In this document: piece after piece, positions 28,618 to 37,115 of the stretch
How the letters are laid out: each line of letters starts with the position of its first letter
Position numbering within the stretch: the stretch's first letter is position 1
Origin: an uncultured Pseudomonadota bacterium
Lineage (GTDB): Bacteria > Myxococcota_A > Polyangia > Fen-1088
Reading direction: 5' to 3'
Assembly (NCBI GenBank): GCA_963847705.1
Contig: CAWKBC010000038.1
Span: forward strand, 1 to 46,870
Length of the DNA stretch: 46,870 nucleotides
The notes under the pieces: generated by a model
Told to the model about the DNA's origin: nothing
Seen by the model: the letters and a program-made list of their open reading frames with translations, nothing else
Databases searched by the model: none
Program-made: the position numbers and the translations under genes

Positions 28618-29945
28618 CCCGGCGGCTGGTCGGCACTTCCCCGCGTCGGCGCTTCGGGCGTCTCGCGCTTGCTCGCCTCGCGCTCGTGTCGCTGCTGGCG
28701 ATGGCGGCGGTGGCCGCTCCGGCGCGCGCCCAGCCCCCCGGCGGCGACGACGATCTCCCCGCGGTGCAGCTCTCCGGCGCCGGCGTCGAGATGCTGAAGC
28801 TGGCGCTCCCCCGCTCCGAGGGAGACCCCGCCGCCGGCGAACTGCTGTCCAAGGACATGGACATCACCGGCCTCTTCCAGTTGCTCGATCCGGCGTCGTT
28901 CCCCGCGCAGCTGCAGGCCGAAGGGCTCGGGTTCTCGTCGGCGCTCTGGTCGCAGGTCGGCGCGCAGGCGGTCATCAAGATGAAGCTCGCCGGCGGCGTG
29001 CTCGAGGGGCGTCTCTTCATCGTCGCGCGCGGCGATAGCCCGGTCCTCTCCAAGAGCTACCGCGCGGCCGATCCGCGCGACGCCGTCCACCAGTTCGCCA
29101 ACGACGTGGTCAACGCCTTCACCGGCCAACCGGGGGTGTTCGGCTCGCGCATCGCGCTGGCGCTCACCGGGCACGGCCCGCACGAGATCGCTGTCGTCGA
29201 CATGGACGGCGGGCGGACGGCGGTGGTCACCAAGATGGGCTCGGACAGCCTGCTGCCGGCGTTCTCACCGACGGGGGCCGAGATCGCCTTCACCTCGTAT
29301 TTGCGCAACAACCCAGACCTCTACATCGTCTCGGCGGGGGGCGGACGCGCTCGCCGCGTCTCGAAGCAGCCGGGGCTCAACACCGGCGCCGCCTGGGCGC
29401 CGGGCGGGCACAGTCTGGCGCTCACCCTGTCGTACGAGGGGAACTCCGAGCTCTACAAGATCGATCCCGGCGATGGCCGGGTGGAGGCGCGCCTGACCAA
29501 CAACCCCGCCATCGACAGCTCGCCCGCCTTCTCGCCCGACGGATCGCAGATCGCCTTCGTCTCGAACCGACAGGGCTCGCCGCAGATCTTCATCATGTCG
29601 GCGTCAGGCGGCGGCGCCAAGCGGGTCACCTTCCAGGGGAAGTACAACCAGACGCCGCGCTGGAACCCGCGCGCGGACAAGCCGCAGATCGCCTTCACCG
29701 GACGCGACGAGCGAGGCGTGTTCGACGTCTTCATCCTCGACGTGAAGAGCGGGAGGGTTGACCGCGTGACGCAGGGAAAGGGCTCCAACCTCGACCCGAC
29801 CTGGTCGCCGGACGGACGCCTTTTGGCCTATGTGTCGAGCCGGGGCGGCCTCTTCGTGAACAACCCCGAGACCCACCACGAGGTCGAGGTCTGGCGGGGA
29901 AGCGCCTCGTCCCCCTCCTGGGGTCCCGCGCCCAGCACCCGCTAG
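28614..29945 (+). CDS. tolB: TolB beta-propeller protein
   Basis: Signal peptide, TolB N-domain and PD40 repeats (PAFSPTG, WAPGG, PAFSPDG, PTWSPDG). GTGA overlap with tolA. Confidence 0.92.
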   Translation: MTRRLVGTSPRRRFGRLALARLALVSLLAMAAVAAPARAQPPGGDDDLPAVQLSGAGVEMLKLALPRSEGDPAAGELLSKDMDITGLFQLLDPASFPAQLQAEGLGFSSALWSQVGAQAVIKMKLAGGVLEGRLFIVARGDSPVLSKSYRAADPRDAVHQFANDVVNAFTGQPGVFGSRIALALTGHGPHEIAVVDMDGGRTAVVTKMGSDSLLPAFSPTGAEIAFTSYLRNNPDLYIVSAGGGRARRVSKQPGLNTGAAWAPGGHSLALTLSYEGNSELYKIDPGDGRVEARLTNNPAIDSSPAFSPDGSQIAFVSNRQGSPQIFIMSASGGGAKRVTFQGKYNQTPRWNPRADKPQIAFTGRDERGVFDVFILDVKSGRVDRVTQGKGSNLDPTWSPDGRLLAYVSSRGGLFVNNPETHHEVEVWRGSASSPSWGPAPSTR

Positions 29946-29948
29946 AGT

Positions 29949-30116
29949 CCGCCGGCAGGGCGTTGCCGGTAAGCAACGGTCAGCGCACTGAACGACCACG
30001 TGGCCCGGCGAGGTAGAGCCCGGAGGCGGCGTGGGTCCGCCCTCCGCCTGTCAAGCTGGAGCGGATGAATATCAAGGATCTGCTTGCGGCCTAGGGAGCG
30101 AACCCTAGGTTCTCTG
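29949..30116 (+). ncRNA. Candidate structured RNA (long irregular hairpin, 6S-like topology); unverified
   Basis: 29949-29965 pairs with 30073-30089 (14/17 including GU), inner stems ccggc/gctgg, cggag/ctccg and gcgg/ccgc, then hairpin cctaggg/ccctagg plus ttctct. Confidence 0.3.
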
Positions 30117-30118
30117 GC

Positions 30119-30292
30119 ATGACAACAGATCCTGTTTGCGGAATGGACCTCGAAGAGTCGCAGGCCAAGGCGTCCGCGGATTTCGAGGGGAAGACCTACT
30201 ACTTCTGCTCCGATGCCTGCCGCGAGGAGTTCGAAGCCAGCCCCGAACAGTACGCGCTGGGCGCCAACGCGGGCGCCGCGGCGTCACCCTAG
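30119..30292 (+). CDS. YHS/TRASH domain small metal-binding protein (57 aa, not in the ORF track)
   Basis: MTTDPVCGMDLEESQAKASADFEGKTYYFCSDACREEFEASPEQY, with DPVCGM and YYFCS..C motifs. Confidence 0.92.
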   Translation: MTTDPVCGMDLEESQAKASADFEGKTYYFCSDACREEFEASPEQYALGANAGAAASP

Positions 30293-30337
30293 CGCGCGCT
30301 TTACCTCCGGGCGCCGGTGGCGCAAGCTCGCCGCCGG

Positions 30338-31282
30338 ATGAACCTGGCGACGATCGACATCGGCACCAACACCACGCTGCTTTTGGTGGCGCGTCTGTCG
30401 GCGGACGGTACGCTCGAGCTGGTGGACGAGCGGGCAGAGATCACCCGCCTGGGGCGCGGTATCGGCGCGGGTGGCGCCCTGGGGGCCGAGGGGATCGCTC
30501 GAACGCTGGCGGCGCTGCGGGAGTACACGACCGTTGCGCGCCGCCACCACGCAAAGATCGCCGCCATCGGAACAGAGGCGTTGCGGCGAGCCCCGAACTC
30601 GGCCGCGTTTCTCGACCCGGCCGCCGAGATTCTGGGGACCCCGATCGAAGTCATCGACGGTGCGCGCGAAGCCGCGCTCACGTTTCAGGCGGTGGCGAAC
30701 GCCTTTCCCGCCGCCATGGCTGGGGCGCTCACGGTGGTGGACATCGGCGGCGGCTCGACGGAGATCGTGATCGCCACCGGCGGCCAGGTCACGTTCAACG
30801 TGAGCTTGCCGCTGGGGTCGGTCCGGCTGACCGAAGCCTTCGTTCACCACGATCCGCCCCGCCTCGACGAGATCGCCGCCCTCACCGCCGCCGTCGACGC
30901 TGCGCTGGCGGGCATCCCCTTCCCTCCGCCGGGCACCGCCGTCCCGGTGACCCTGGTCGGCGTGGCGGGGACAGTGACCTCGCTGGCCGCCATGGCCGAG
31001 GCGCTGGTCAGCTACGACCCTGCCCGTGTGCATGGGTATCGGCTGTCCCAGGAAGCGCTGGCCGGGCAAATCGCCCGCCTGCGCCTGGGGACGCAGGCCG
31101 CCCGCGAACGGATCATCGGCCTCGATCCGAGACGGGCCGACGTCATCCTGGCGGGAGCCCTCATCTTGGAGCGAATCGCCGCGGCGGCGAGGGTGAAGGA
31201 GATCGAGGTGAGCGACCGCGGGATCCGCTGGGGGCTCATGCACGAGCTGGCACGGAAGTTTTCGGTGCAGGGCGTCGCTTGA
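30338..31282 (+). CDS. ppx: Ppx/GppA family exopolyphosphatase
   Basis: IDIGTNT, ITRLG, TEALR, DIGGGSTE, RADVILAG and GIRWG motifs. Confidence 0.93.
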   Translation: MNLATIDIGTNTTLLLVARLSADGTLELVDERAEITRLGRGIGAGGALGAEGIARTLAALREYTTVARRHHAKIAAIGTEALRRAPNSAAFLDPAAEILGTPIEVIDGAREAALTFQAVANAFPAAMAGALTVVDIGGGSTEIVIATGGQVTFNVSLPLGSVRLTEAFVHHDPPRLDEIAALTAAVDAALAGIPFPPPGTAVPVTLVGVAGTVTSLAAMAEALVSYDPARVHGYRLSQEALAGQIARLRLGTQAARERIIGLDPRRADVILAGALILERIAAAARVKEIEVSDRGIRWGLMHELARKFSVQGVA

Positions 31283-31314
31283 TACGGCCGGGCTCCGACG
31301 GTATTTTGTGGACC

Positions 31315-31953
31315 ATGCGCAGCGCCTGGCTCCCTTGGATCTCGGGCCTGGCGTGCATGACGGTGGCCGGCTGTCACTCGCGGTCGGCCCCCATCCAGGC
31401 CCCGTTCGCCGACGACTTCGAGCGCGCGGAGCTGGGCGCCGAATGGAACCCCACCTCGACCGCCTACCGCATCGATGGCGGCAAGCTCGAGGTCTCCAAC
31501 GCCTACAACCACCCGGCCTGGCTGCGCCGCCGCCTCCCACCCAATGCGGTCATCGACTTCGACGTCATCTCCAAGAGCCCCTCCGGCGACATCAAGGTCG
31601 AGCTTTATGGTGACGGCGAGTCGTTCGATCCCGACAAGGGGAGCTACGACTCGACCGGCTACGTGGTCATCTTCGGCGGCTGGCACAACACGCTCTCGGT
31701 CATCTGCAGGCTGGAGGAGCATGGGGCCGGTCGCAAAGCCGAACGCGACGACGTCAAGGTGACCCCCGGCCAGCACTATCACTTCACGATCACCCGAAAG
31801 GACGGCGCCATCGACTGGTCCATCGACGGACGCCCGTTTCTCGCCTGGACCGATCCCGAACCCCTGGCCGGCCCGACGCACGAATACTTCGCCGTCAACG
31901 ACTGGGAGGCCGACGTGACGTTCGACAACCTCCACATTCGACCGGCCCCTTGA
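31315..31953 (+). CDS. Lipoprotein with ConA/LamG-like beta-sandwich
   Basis: Lipobox VAGC and FADDFER..W, GYVVIFGGW, HFTITR..IDG, VTFDNLHI patterns. Confidence 0.8.
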   Translation: MRSAWLPWISGLACMTVAGCHSRSAPIQAPFADDFERAELGAEWNPTSTAYRIDGGKLEVSNAYNHPAWLRRRLPPNAVIDFDVISKSPSGDIKVELYGDGESFDPDKGSYDSTGYVVIFGGWHNTLSVICRLEEHGAGRKAERDDVKVTPGQHYHFTITRKDGAIDWSIDGRPFLAWTDPEPLAGPTHEYFAVNDWEADVTFDNLHIRPAP

Positions 31954-33032
31954 CGACGACGATGGACGAACCTCCGCCCAGTCCCCGTTTCGATGTGGGC
32001 CGCGCCTTGGCGGCGCTGGCTGGGCGCAAGTCGGCGCTCATCTACATGCACGACAATCCCGATCCCGACGCGCTGGCGGCTGCGCTCGGCCTCAAGCGGC
32101 TCTTCGAGCACGAGCTGGGCGTGGCCGTGACGCTGGGGCATGGCGGGATCGTCGGGCGCGCCCAGAATCGCGCCATGGTCGACACGCTGGGGATGCCGCT
32201 CGCGCCGGTGGAGCAGATCAATCCCGACGCCTTCGACCTCATCGCCATCGTCGACAGCCAGCCGGAGACTGGAAACAACTCGCTGCCGCCGGGACACAGA
32301 ATCGACGTGGTGGTCGATCACCACCCGGTCCGGCCGGCCAGCGCGCGCGCCCCCTGGTGCGACATCCGCCCCGACTTCGGCGCCACCTCGACGATCGTGT
32401 TCGAGTACCTTCGCGCGCGGGGCATCACCCTCGACGTCAAGCTGGCGACCGCGTTCTTCTTCGCGCTGCGGACGGAGACGCGCGACCTCGGCCGCGAGTC
32501 GACCGGCGCCGAACGCACCGCGTATCTGGCGCTGGTCCCGCTGGTCGACCACGGGCTCCTCTACCGGATGAGCCACCCCAAGGTGCCCCGCGAGCACTTC
32601 GCGGCGCTCGACCGCGCGCTGCGTTCGGCGCTGCTGTTCGGCGACGTCGTGGCGGTGAACCTGGGGACGCTCGGCTACCCCGATCTGGTCGCCGAGATCG
32701 CTGATCTGCTGCTGGCCTACGACAGCGCGAAGATGGTCCTCTGCCTGGGTGAGTACCGAGAGAACGTCTATCTGTCGTTGCGAACCGAGGCGGACAACGC
32801 GCGCGCCGGCGCCATCATGCGGCACATCGTGGCGCACGACGGCGCGGCCGGGGGCCATGGAACCATGGCCGGCGCGCGGCTCTTCGCGCAGATCCCTTCG
32901 GAGGCAAAGCTCGCAGAGACCTTCCAGGAGATGGTGCGCCGCCTGATCGAAACGCTGGGACATCCCCCGACGCCCGGCGAGCCGCTCCTGCAGCCACCGG
33001 CCGCGACCAAGCCGACTGGTCAGGCGCCCTAG
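31950..33032 (+). CDS. DHH/DHHA1 family phosphoesterase (NrnA-like)
   Basis: HDNPDPD, IVDS, VDHH, GATST, SLR and GGH motifs. Confidence 0.92.
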   Translation: MTTTMDEPPPSPRFDVGRALAALAGRKSALIYMHDNPDPDALAAALGLKRLFEHELGVAVTLGHGGIVGRAQNRAMVDTLGMPLAPVEQINPDAFDLIAIVDSQPETGNNSLPPGHRIDVVVDHHPVRPASARAPWCDIRPDFGATSTIVFEYLRARGITLDVKLATAFFFALRTETRDLGRESTGAERTAYLALVPLVDHGLLYRMSHPKVPREHFAALDRALRSALLFGDVVAVNLGTLGYPDLVAEIADLLLAYDSAKMVLCLGEYRENVYLSLRTEADNARAGAIMRHIVAHDGAAGGHGTMAGARLFAQIPSEAKLAETFQEMVRRLIETLGHPPTPGEPLLQPPAATKPTGQAP

Positions 33033-33343
33033 ACGATGCCGACGGGGCGTGCTGGACCAGCCGGCGCGGCTCCTTCGACGGGCGCGGGCGCTTCCTGGCG
33101 GGCCAGGCCGAAATACAGCCCCAGCGCCATCAGCAAGAGCGCTCCAATGCAAACGCTCACCGTGCGCACCTTCTCCCGACGCGAGCGGCTACCGACCCTC
33201 TTCGCATTCTCCAGTTGCTCCAGGCGGCGGCGAGCGACGACCCGCTCGCGCAACTTCTCCAGCGCGTAAGGAGTGAGCGTCCCGCTGCCACTGCGGTCGC
33301 TATCGCTGCCGACACTCGACTGACCGTTCGTCATGGCCGCCAT
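33029..33343 (-). CDS. Small hypothetical single-TM protein
   Basis: AAGGAG RBS, basic helix, then TM VSVCIGALLLMALGLYFGL. Confidence 0.65.
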   Translation of the reverse strand: MAAMTNGQSSVGSDSDRSGSGTLTPYALEKLRERVVARRRLEQLENAKRVGSRSRREKVRTVSVCIGALLLMALGLYFGLARQEAPAPVEGAAPAGPARPVGIV

Positions 33344-33395
33344 CGCTCCTTGCGAGAGGTGCGGATGGCAGCTTACCCCAAACGATTTGTCGAAT

Positions 33396-33500
33396 CTATC
33401 GAACGTTCAGCGCGACGACCAGGCCCCAGACGACCAGCGAGATGACCGAAGCCGCCAGCAACGCGAAGATTGTCCGCTTCTTCTCTTTCAGTTCTTTCAA
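33396..33500 (-). CDS. Small membrane protein (34 aa, not in the ORF track)
   Basis: TTG start, MKELKEKKRTIFALLAASVISLVVWGLVVALNVR*: basic N-terminus plus one TM helix, with GC-ending codons in the TM part. Confidence 0.55.
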   Translation of the reverse strand: MKELKEKKRTIFALLAASVISLVVWGLVVALNVR

Positions 33501-33605
33501 TCCGGAAACCACGACTAAGAAAAACCCCCTGTTTTAAAAACCCCAGCTCCGTACTCATGCGCACGTTCGGTGCGTGTGCAAGGGGCTGGCACATTTCGTC
33601 ACCAT

Positions 33606-33851
33606 TCAGTATCGGCGGCTCGGGTGACTCTTGAGCATGGCCGCCTCCCCGTCACGAACCTGGCGCATGACCTCGACCGTCCGCTGGCAGTAGGGGCAGA
33701 GGGCCACCTTGGCTCCAGACAGCAGCGGGACGACCCTCAAGGTGCCCTTGCATCGACTGCGCTCGCTGGACGGTCGCACGACGACGTTAATATATGTGAC
33801 GGCACCAGCTCGTGCACGAAATCGGCCCCCGATGCTGCCGCGTTCCGACAA
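33606..33851 (-). CDS. Small hypothetical protein with possible Zn-binding C..CPYC..H
   Basis: The 3' half has host-like codons and a CPYC motif. Start is uncertain. Confidence 0.4.
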   Translation of the reverse strand: MSERGSIGGRFRARAGAVTYINVVVRPSSERSRCKGTLRVVPLLSGAKVALCPYCQRTVEVMRQVRDGEAAMLKSHPSRRY

Positions 33852-33902
33852 GCGAAGGGCGCCGATTGCCGCACGAGCCGAAGCCCGTCACAGCGAGCCC
33901 GG

Positions 33903-34391
33903 TTACGCCGCGGCGAGTTGCGGCGCCACCAGCCACGCCCGGGCCGAGCGGACCGGGCCGCTTTCCGGTTTCTCGCCGAACGGGACGGCGTTCTGGATGA
34001 GGTCGTGCCAGCCGTCGCCGAAGTCCCCCTTGCGCGCGTCGAAGGTCACGGCCACGAGCGCGGTGTGTCCCAGAGGGCTCTCGATGAGCATCTCGCCCGG
34101 TCGCGCCCCCTCGGCGCCGGTGAAGGTTCCGACGGCGCGGTAGGCGCCGTGCCCAAACGGCTCGACCTCGCGGCTGTAAAACGAAAACAGGTCGCTGCCG
34201 CTGCTGACGCCGCTGGTTGCGTCGATGGCCAACCGCACGCTCACACGGTCGAGATCCGGCCCGAAGGCCAGGCCCGATTCCCAGTCGGCGAACTTGCCGC
34301 GAAGCAGAAAATCGCCGCCGCCGACGTCGAGCTCCACGCTCGGACGGGCATTGTTCGCCACGGATGACTTTTGCTGAATGATGGTTCCCAC
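33903..34391 (-). CDS. Divergent YceI-like beta-barrel protein
   Basis: LRGKFADW..L.F.PDL..VSV...IDATS, F.S..VEP.G.G.Y...G.FT and DFG..W resemble YceI. The RDxHL segment is missing. Confidence 0.55.
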   Translation of the reverse strand: MGTIIQQKSSVANNARPSVELDVGGGDFLLRGKFADWESGLAFGPDLDRVSVRLAIDATSGVSSGSDLFSFYSREVEPFGHGAYRAVGTFTGAEGARPGEMLIESPLGHTALVAVTFDARKGDFGDGWHDLIQNAVPFGEKPESGPVRSARAWLVAPQLAAA

Positions 34392-34420
34392 GGCGACACC
34401 GTATACACGGCGGACCGTCG

Positions 34421-34526
34421 GTCTAGTTCAGCGCCCTTGCGCCTTGCCGCGAAGCCCTGCTAGCGCCGCGGTCGAGTTCGGCGCCCTTGCGCCTTGCCGC
34501 GAAGCCCTGCTAGCGCCGCGGTCGAG
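34421..34526. repeat. 50-bp tandem duplication
   Basis: 34431-34476 is identical to 34481-34526, and the preceding 10 bp match at 8/10. Confidence 0.92.
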
Positions 34527-34719
34527 CGGGAGGCCGAGCGGACGCTGCATCCGCCTGACGGTGGGCGACTTCGGGAGGCTGGGCGTTCCGGCCCAGCGTC
34601 CAGCTCGGCGGATCGCTGGCGGGAAACGACTCATCGGACGACTCGTCGACTTCCAGGTCGTTCGCGGCGGCCTTCTCTCTCGCCAGCTCGGCCTTTGTGT
34701 TCGTTTTCTTGTCGGACAT
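34510..34719 (-). CDS. Small protein with ESFPASDPPSW motif
   Basis: AGGAGG RBS and VDESSDESFPASDPPSWT, a motif recalled from small conserved hypothetical proteins. Confidence 0.75.
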   Translation of the reverse strand: MSDKKTNTKAELAREKAAANDLEVDESSDESFPASDPPSWTLGRNAQPPEVAHRQADAASARPPARPRR

Positions 34720-34832
34720 CGCCAACCTCCTCGCGTCGACCCGAGGCGGAACATGGCCATGCCCCAGAGGTCGCGAAAGGTGGGCTGGTCCCCGATTTCG
34801 CGGTAAAAGGGCGCAGCTCAAAGGAGACTCCC

Positions 34833-35078
34833 ATGACGAACAAGGGCGCAATCATCGCGGCAATGGCGGCAGGACTCTTCAGCGCGGGGGCCCCGCTGGC
34901 CGCTTCAGCCGCTGACGCGGCCAAGGTCCACTGCCAGGGCGTGAACGCATGCAAGGGGAAGAGCGCCTGCTCGACCGCCACCAGCGGCTGCTCCGGTCAG
35001 AACAGCTGCAAGGGCAAGGGGTGGATCGAGATGTCCGAGAAGGATTGCAAGGCCAAGGGCGGCACGGTCGCCAAGTAG
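34833..35078 (+). CDS. BufA2-like periplasmic Cys-rich peptide (bufferin-type precursor)
   Basis: AAGGAG RBS, signal peptide, and six-Cys core VHCQGVNACKGKSAC..CSGQNSCKGKGW..DC..KGG. Confidence 0.85.
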   Translation: MTNKGAIIAAMAAGLFSAGAPLAASAADAAKVHCQGVNACKGKSACSTATSGCSGQNSCKGKGWIEMSEKDCKAKGGTVAK

Positions 35079-35111
35079 CCGTCCGCTCGGTCGGCCAGGT
35101 GGTCGGGAGCT

Positions 35112-35807
35112 TCACCCCGCGCGGAACTGAAAGTCGCGTTCGCGCACGACCTGCCGTTCGACGAGGTCGACCAGGAAGGCGCGCCCCTCGCCGATCATCC
35201 CGTTGAAGGTGAGCAGGTACCAGACGTCCACCGCCCAGCGGACGTGGCCGCTCTCGCAGGGCGGCGACCACTCGGTCGGTTCGAGATCGCCGAGCCCTGG
35301 CGGTCGGACGCGGCCGTTCACGCGCAGCTCGCGGAACGGCGTCGACGCCCGCACGATCTCGACGGCGTTCGAGGCCGCCACGGGCTGGATCTGCCGCCGC
35401 CATTCGCTGACGAGCCGCAGCCGCGCCGGGCTGCCCCCGAGGTCGGTCTCCGCCTCGTAGGCCTCGTCGGCGGGCAATCCCGCGAAGTCGGAGACGTCGA
35501 ACTCGGGGAAGAGATCCTCGGCGGCGATCTCCTTTTCGCGCGCCGCGACCGCCTCCTCGAGCTCGCGCCGCCGGTCAGCCGTGTAGTAGGCGTAAAGCCG
35601 CAGCGCCGCGTGGCGCGAGGGGAGCTTGTGATCCCAGTCGATCACCCAGAGCGCCCCGGCGTAGTCGGCCTCGCCAAACGGAACCAGCGGGGGAATCGTG
35701 GCCGCGATCTGCGCCCTTGCCTCCGCCCCCTCGAACAGTCCCTGCTGCGCGAGGCGCGGGTGAACGCGCATCTCGAATCTCAAAAGGTCGCGCAGGTCGA
35801 GCGCCAT
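35112..35807 (-). CDS. Hypothetical protein
   Basis: Host-like codon usage, globular composition and TAAAAT 9 nt before the ATG. No family recognised. Confidence 0.7.
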   Translation of the reverse strand: MALDLRDLLRFEMRVHPRLAQQGLFEGAEARAQIAATIPPLVPFGEADYAGALWVIDWDHKLPSRHAALRLYAYYTADRRRELEEAVAAREKEIAAEDLFPEFDVSDFAGLPADEAYEAETDLGGSPARLRLVSEWRRQIQPVAASNAVEIVRASTPFRELRVNGRVRPPGLGDLEPTEWSPPCESGHVRWAVDVWYLLTFNGMIGEGRAFLVDLVERQVVRERDFQFRAG

Positions 35808-35912
35808 AAGCGCCCGATTTTACGTCGGCGGGCGCGCGGCGCCTAGCGAAGTACTTTACGGGACGCCAAAAGCACCGCGCGCCCCTCGCGCGGGGGGGGC
35901 ATACTGGCGACC

Positions 35913-37112
35913 GTGCCCTCCCGGCGGCTCGAGTGGGATCCGGCCGAAAACGCTCTGGCGGCCCTCACGCGCGCCGCTTCGGCGCGCGGTGCGCTCGACC
36001 TGACCGAGACGAACCCAACCCGCGTCGGGCTCCCCTATCCGCACCAGGCAATCGCCGCCGCGCTGGCGCGCGCCCCCATCGCCACTTACGACCCGGCGCC
36101 GCTGGGGCGGCCCGAGGCGCGCGACGCCGTGGCGGCGGACTACGCCCGCGCCGGCGTCGCGGTCGATCCGGAGCGCGTGGTGCTCACCGCCAGCTCCAGC
36201 GAGTCCTACGGGTTCCTCTTCAAGCTCTGCTGCAACCCCGGGGACGCCGTCCTGGTGCCGGAGCCGAGCTACCCGCTGTTCGAATACCTGACGCGGCTCG
36301 AGGGGGTCGTCCCCGTCGGCTACCGGCTGGCGTTCGACGGCGTCTGGCACGTCGACTTCAGCAGCGTGACCGAGGCGGTCACGAGCGCGCGCCGCCAAGG
36401 CCACCCCCCGCGCGCCATCATCGTCGTCAACCCGAACAACCCGACGGGCTCGTTTCTCAAGCGCGACGAGCTGGCGCGGCTGTCGGCGATCGCGGCGAAG
36501 GAGGAGCTGGCCCTCATCTCGGACGAGGTGTTCGCCGGCTATCCCTTCGCGCCCGACCCGACGCGCGTCACCGCCGCCGCCGTCGACGCCGCGCTCGATG
36601 ACGGCGCTTCCGTCTTCAGCCTGGGAGGCCTGTCCAAGGCCTGCGGGCTGCCGCAGCTCAAGCTCGGCTGGATCGTCGCCGGCGGTCGCGACGCCAGGCG
36701 AGCGGTCGCCGCGCTGGAGCTCATCGCCGACACCTATCTCTCGGTGGCCACGCCGGTGCAGGCAGCGCTCGCCGAGCTGCTGGCGCTGGGCGCCGAGGTG
36801 CGCGCGGCGATCGGGGTTCGCATCGCGGAAAACCGGGCGCGACTGCGCGCCGCGCTGCCGCCCGAGTCCGGTTGCACGCTGCTCCCCACCGAGGGGGGGT
36901 GGTCGGCCATCCTGCGCGTCCCCGCCAGCCGCAGCGACGAAGCCTGGGCGGCGGCGCTGGCGACCGAAGCCGGCGTGCTGGTGCAGCCCGGTTACTTCTT
37001 CGATCTGCGGGGCGGAACCTTTTTGGTTCTCAGCTTGCTCCCGTCGTCTGACCTCTTCGCCGCTGCGATCGCGCAACTTGTCGCGCATGTCGAGTCGGTG
37101 CTGAGATACTGA
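35913..37112 (+). CDS. PLP-dependent aminotransferase class I/II
   Basis: PEPSYP, VNPNNPTG, SDEVF and GLSK..GLP..KLGW motifs. Confidence 0.92.
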   Translation: MPSRRLEWDPAENALAALTRAASARGALDLTETNPTRVGLPYPHQAIAAALARAPIATYDPAPLGRPEARDAVAADYARAGVAVDPERVVLTASSSESYGFLFKLCCNPGDAVLVPEPSYPLFEYLTRLEGVVPVGYRLAFDGVWHVDFSSVTEAVTSARRQGHPPRAIIVVNPNNPTGSFLKRDELARLSAIAAKEELALISDEVFAGYPFAPDPTRVTAAAVDAALDDGASVFSLGGLSKACGLPQLKLGWIVAGGRDARRAVAALELIADTYLSVATPVQAALAELLALGAEVRAAIGVRIAENRARLRAALPPESGCTLLPTEGGWSAILRVPASRSDEAWAAALATEAGVLVQPGYFFDLRGGTFLVLSLLPSSDLFAAAIAQLVAHVESVLRY

Positions 37113-37115
37113 GCC

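Noticed and set aside
29949-30116. SRP RNA, RNase P, tmRNA, hammerhead ribozyme or a known riboswitch
   Set aside because: Their diagnostic motifs were not found by eye. The region is kept only as an unassigned structured candidate.
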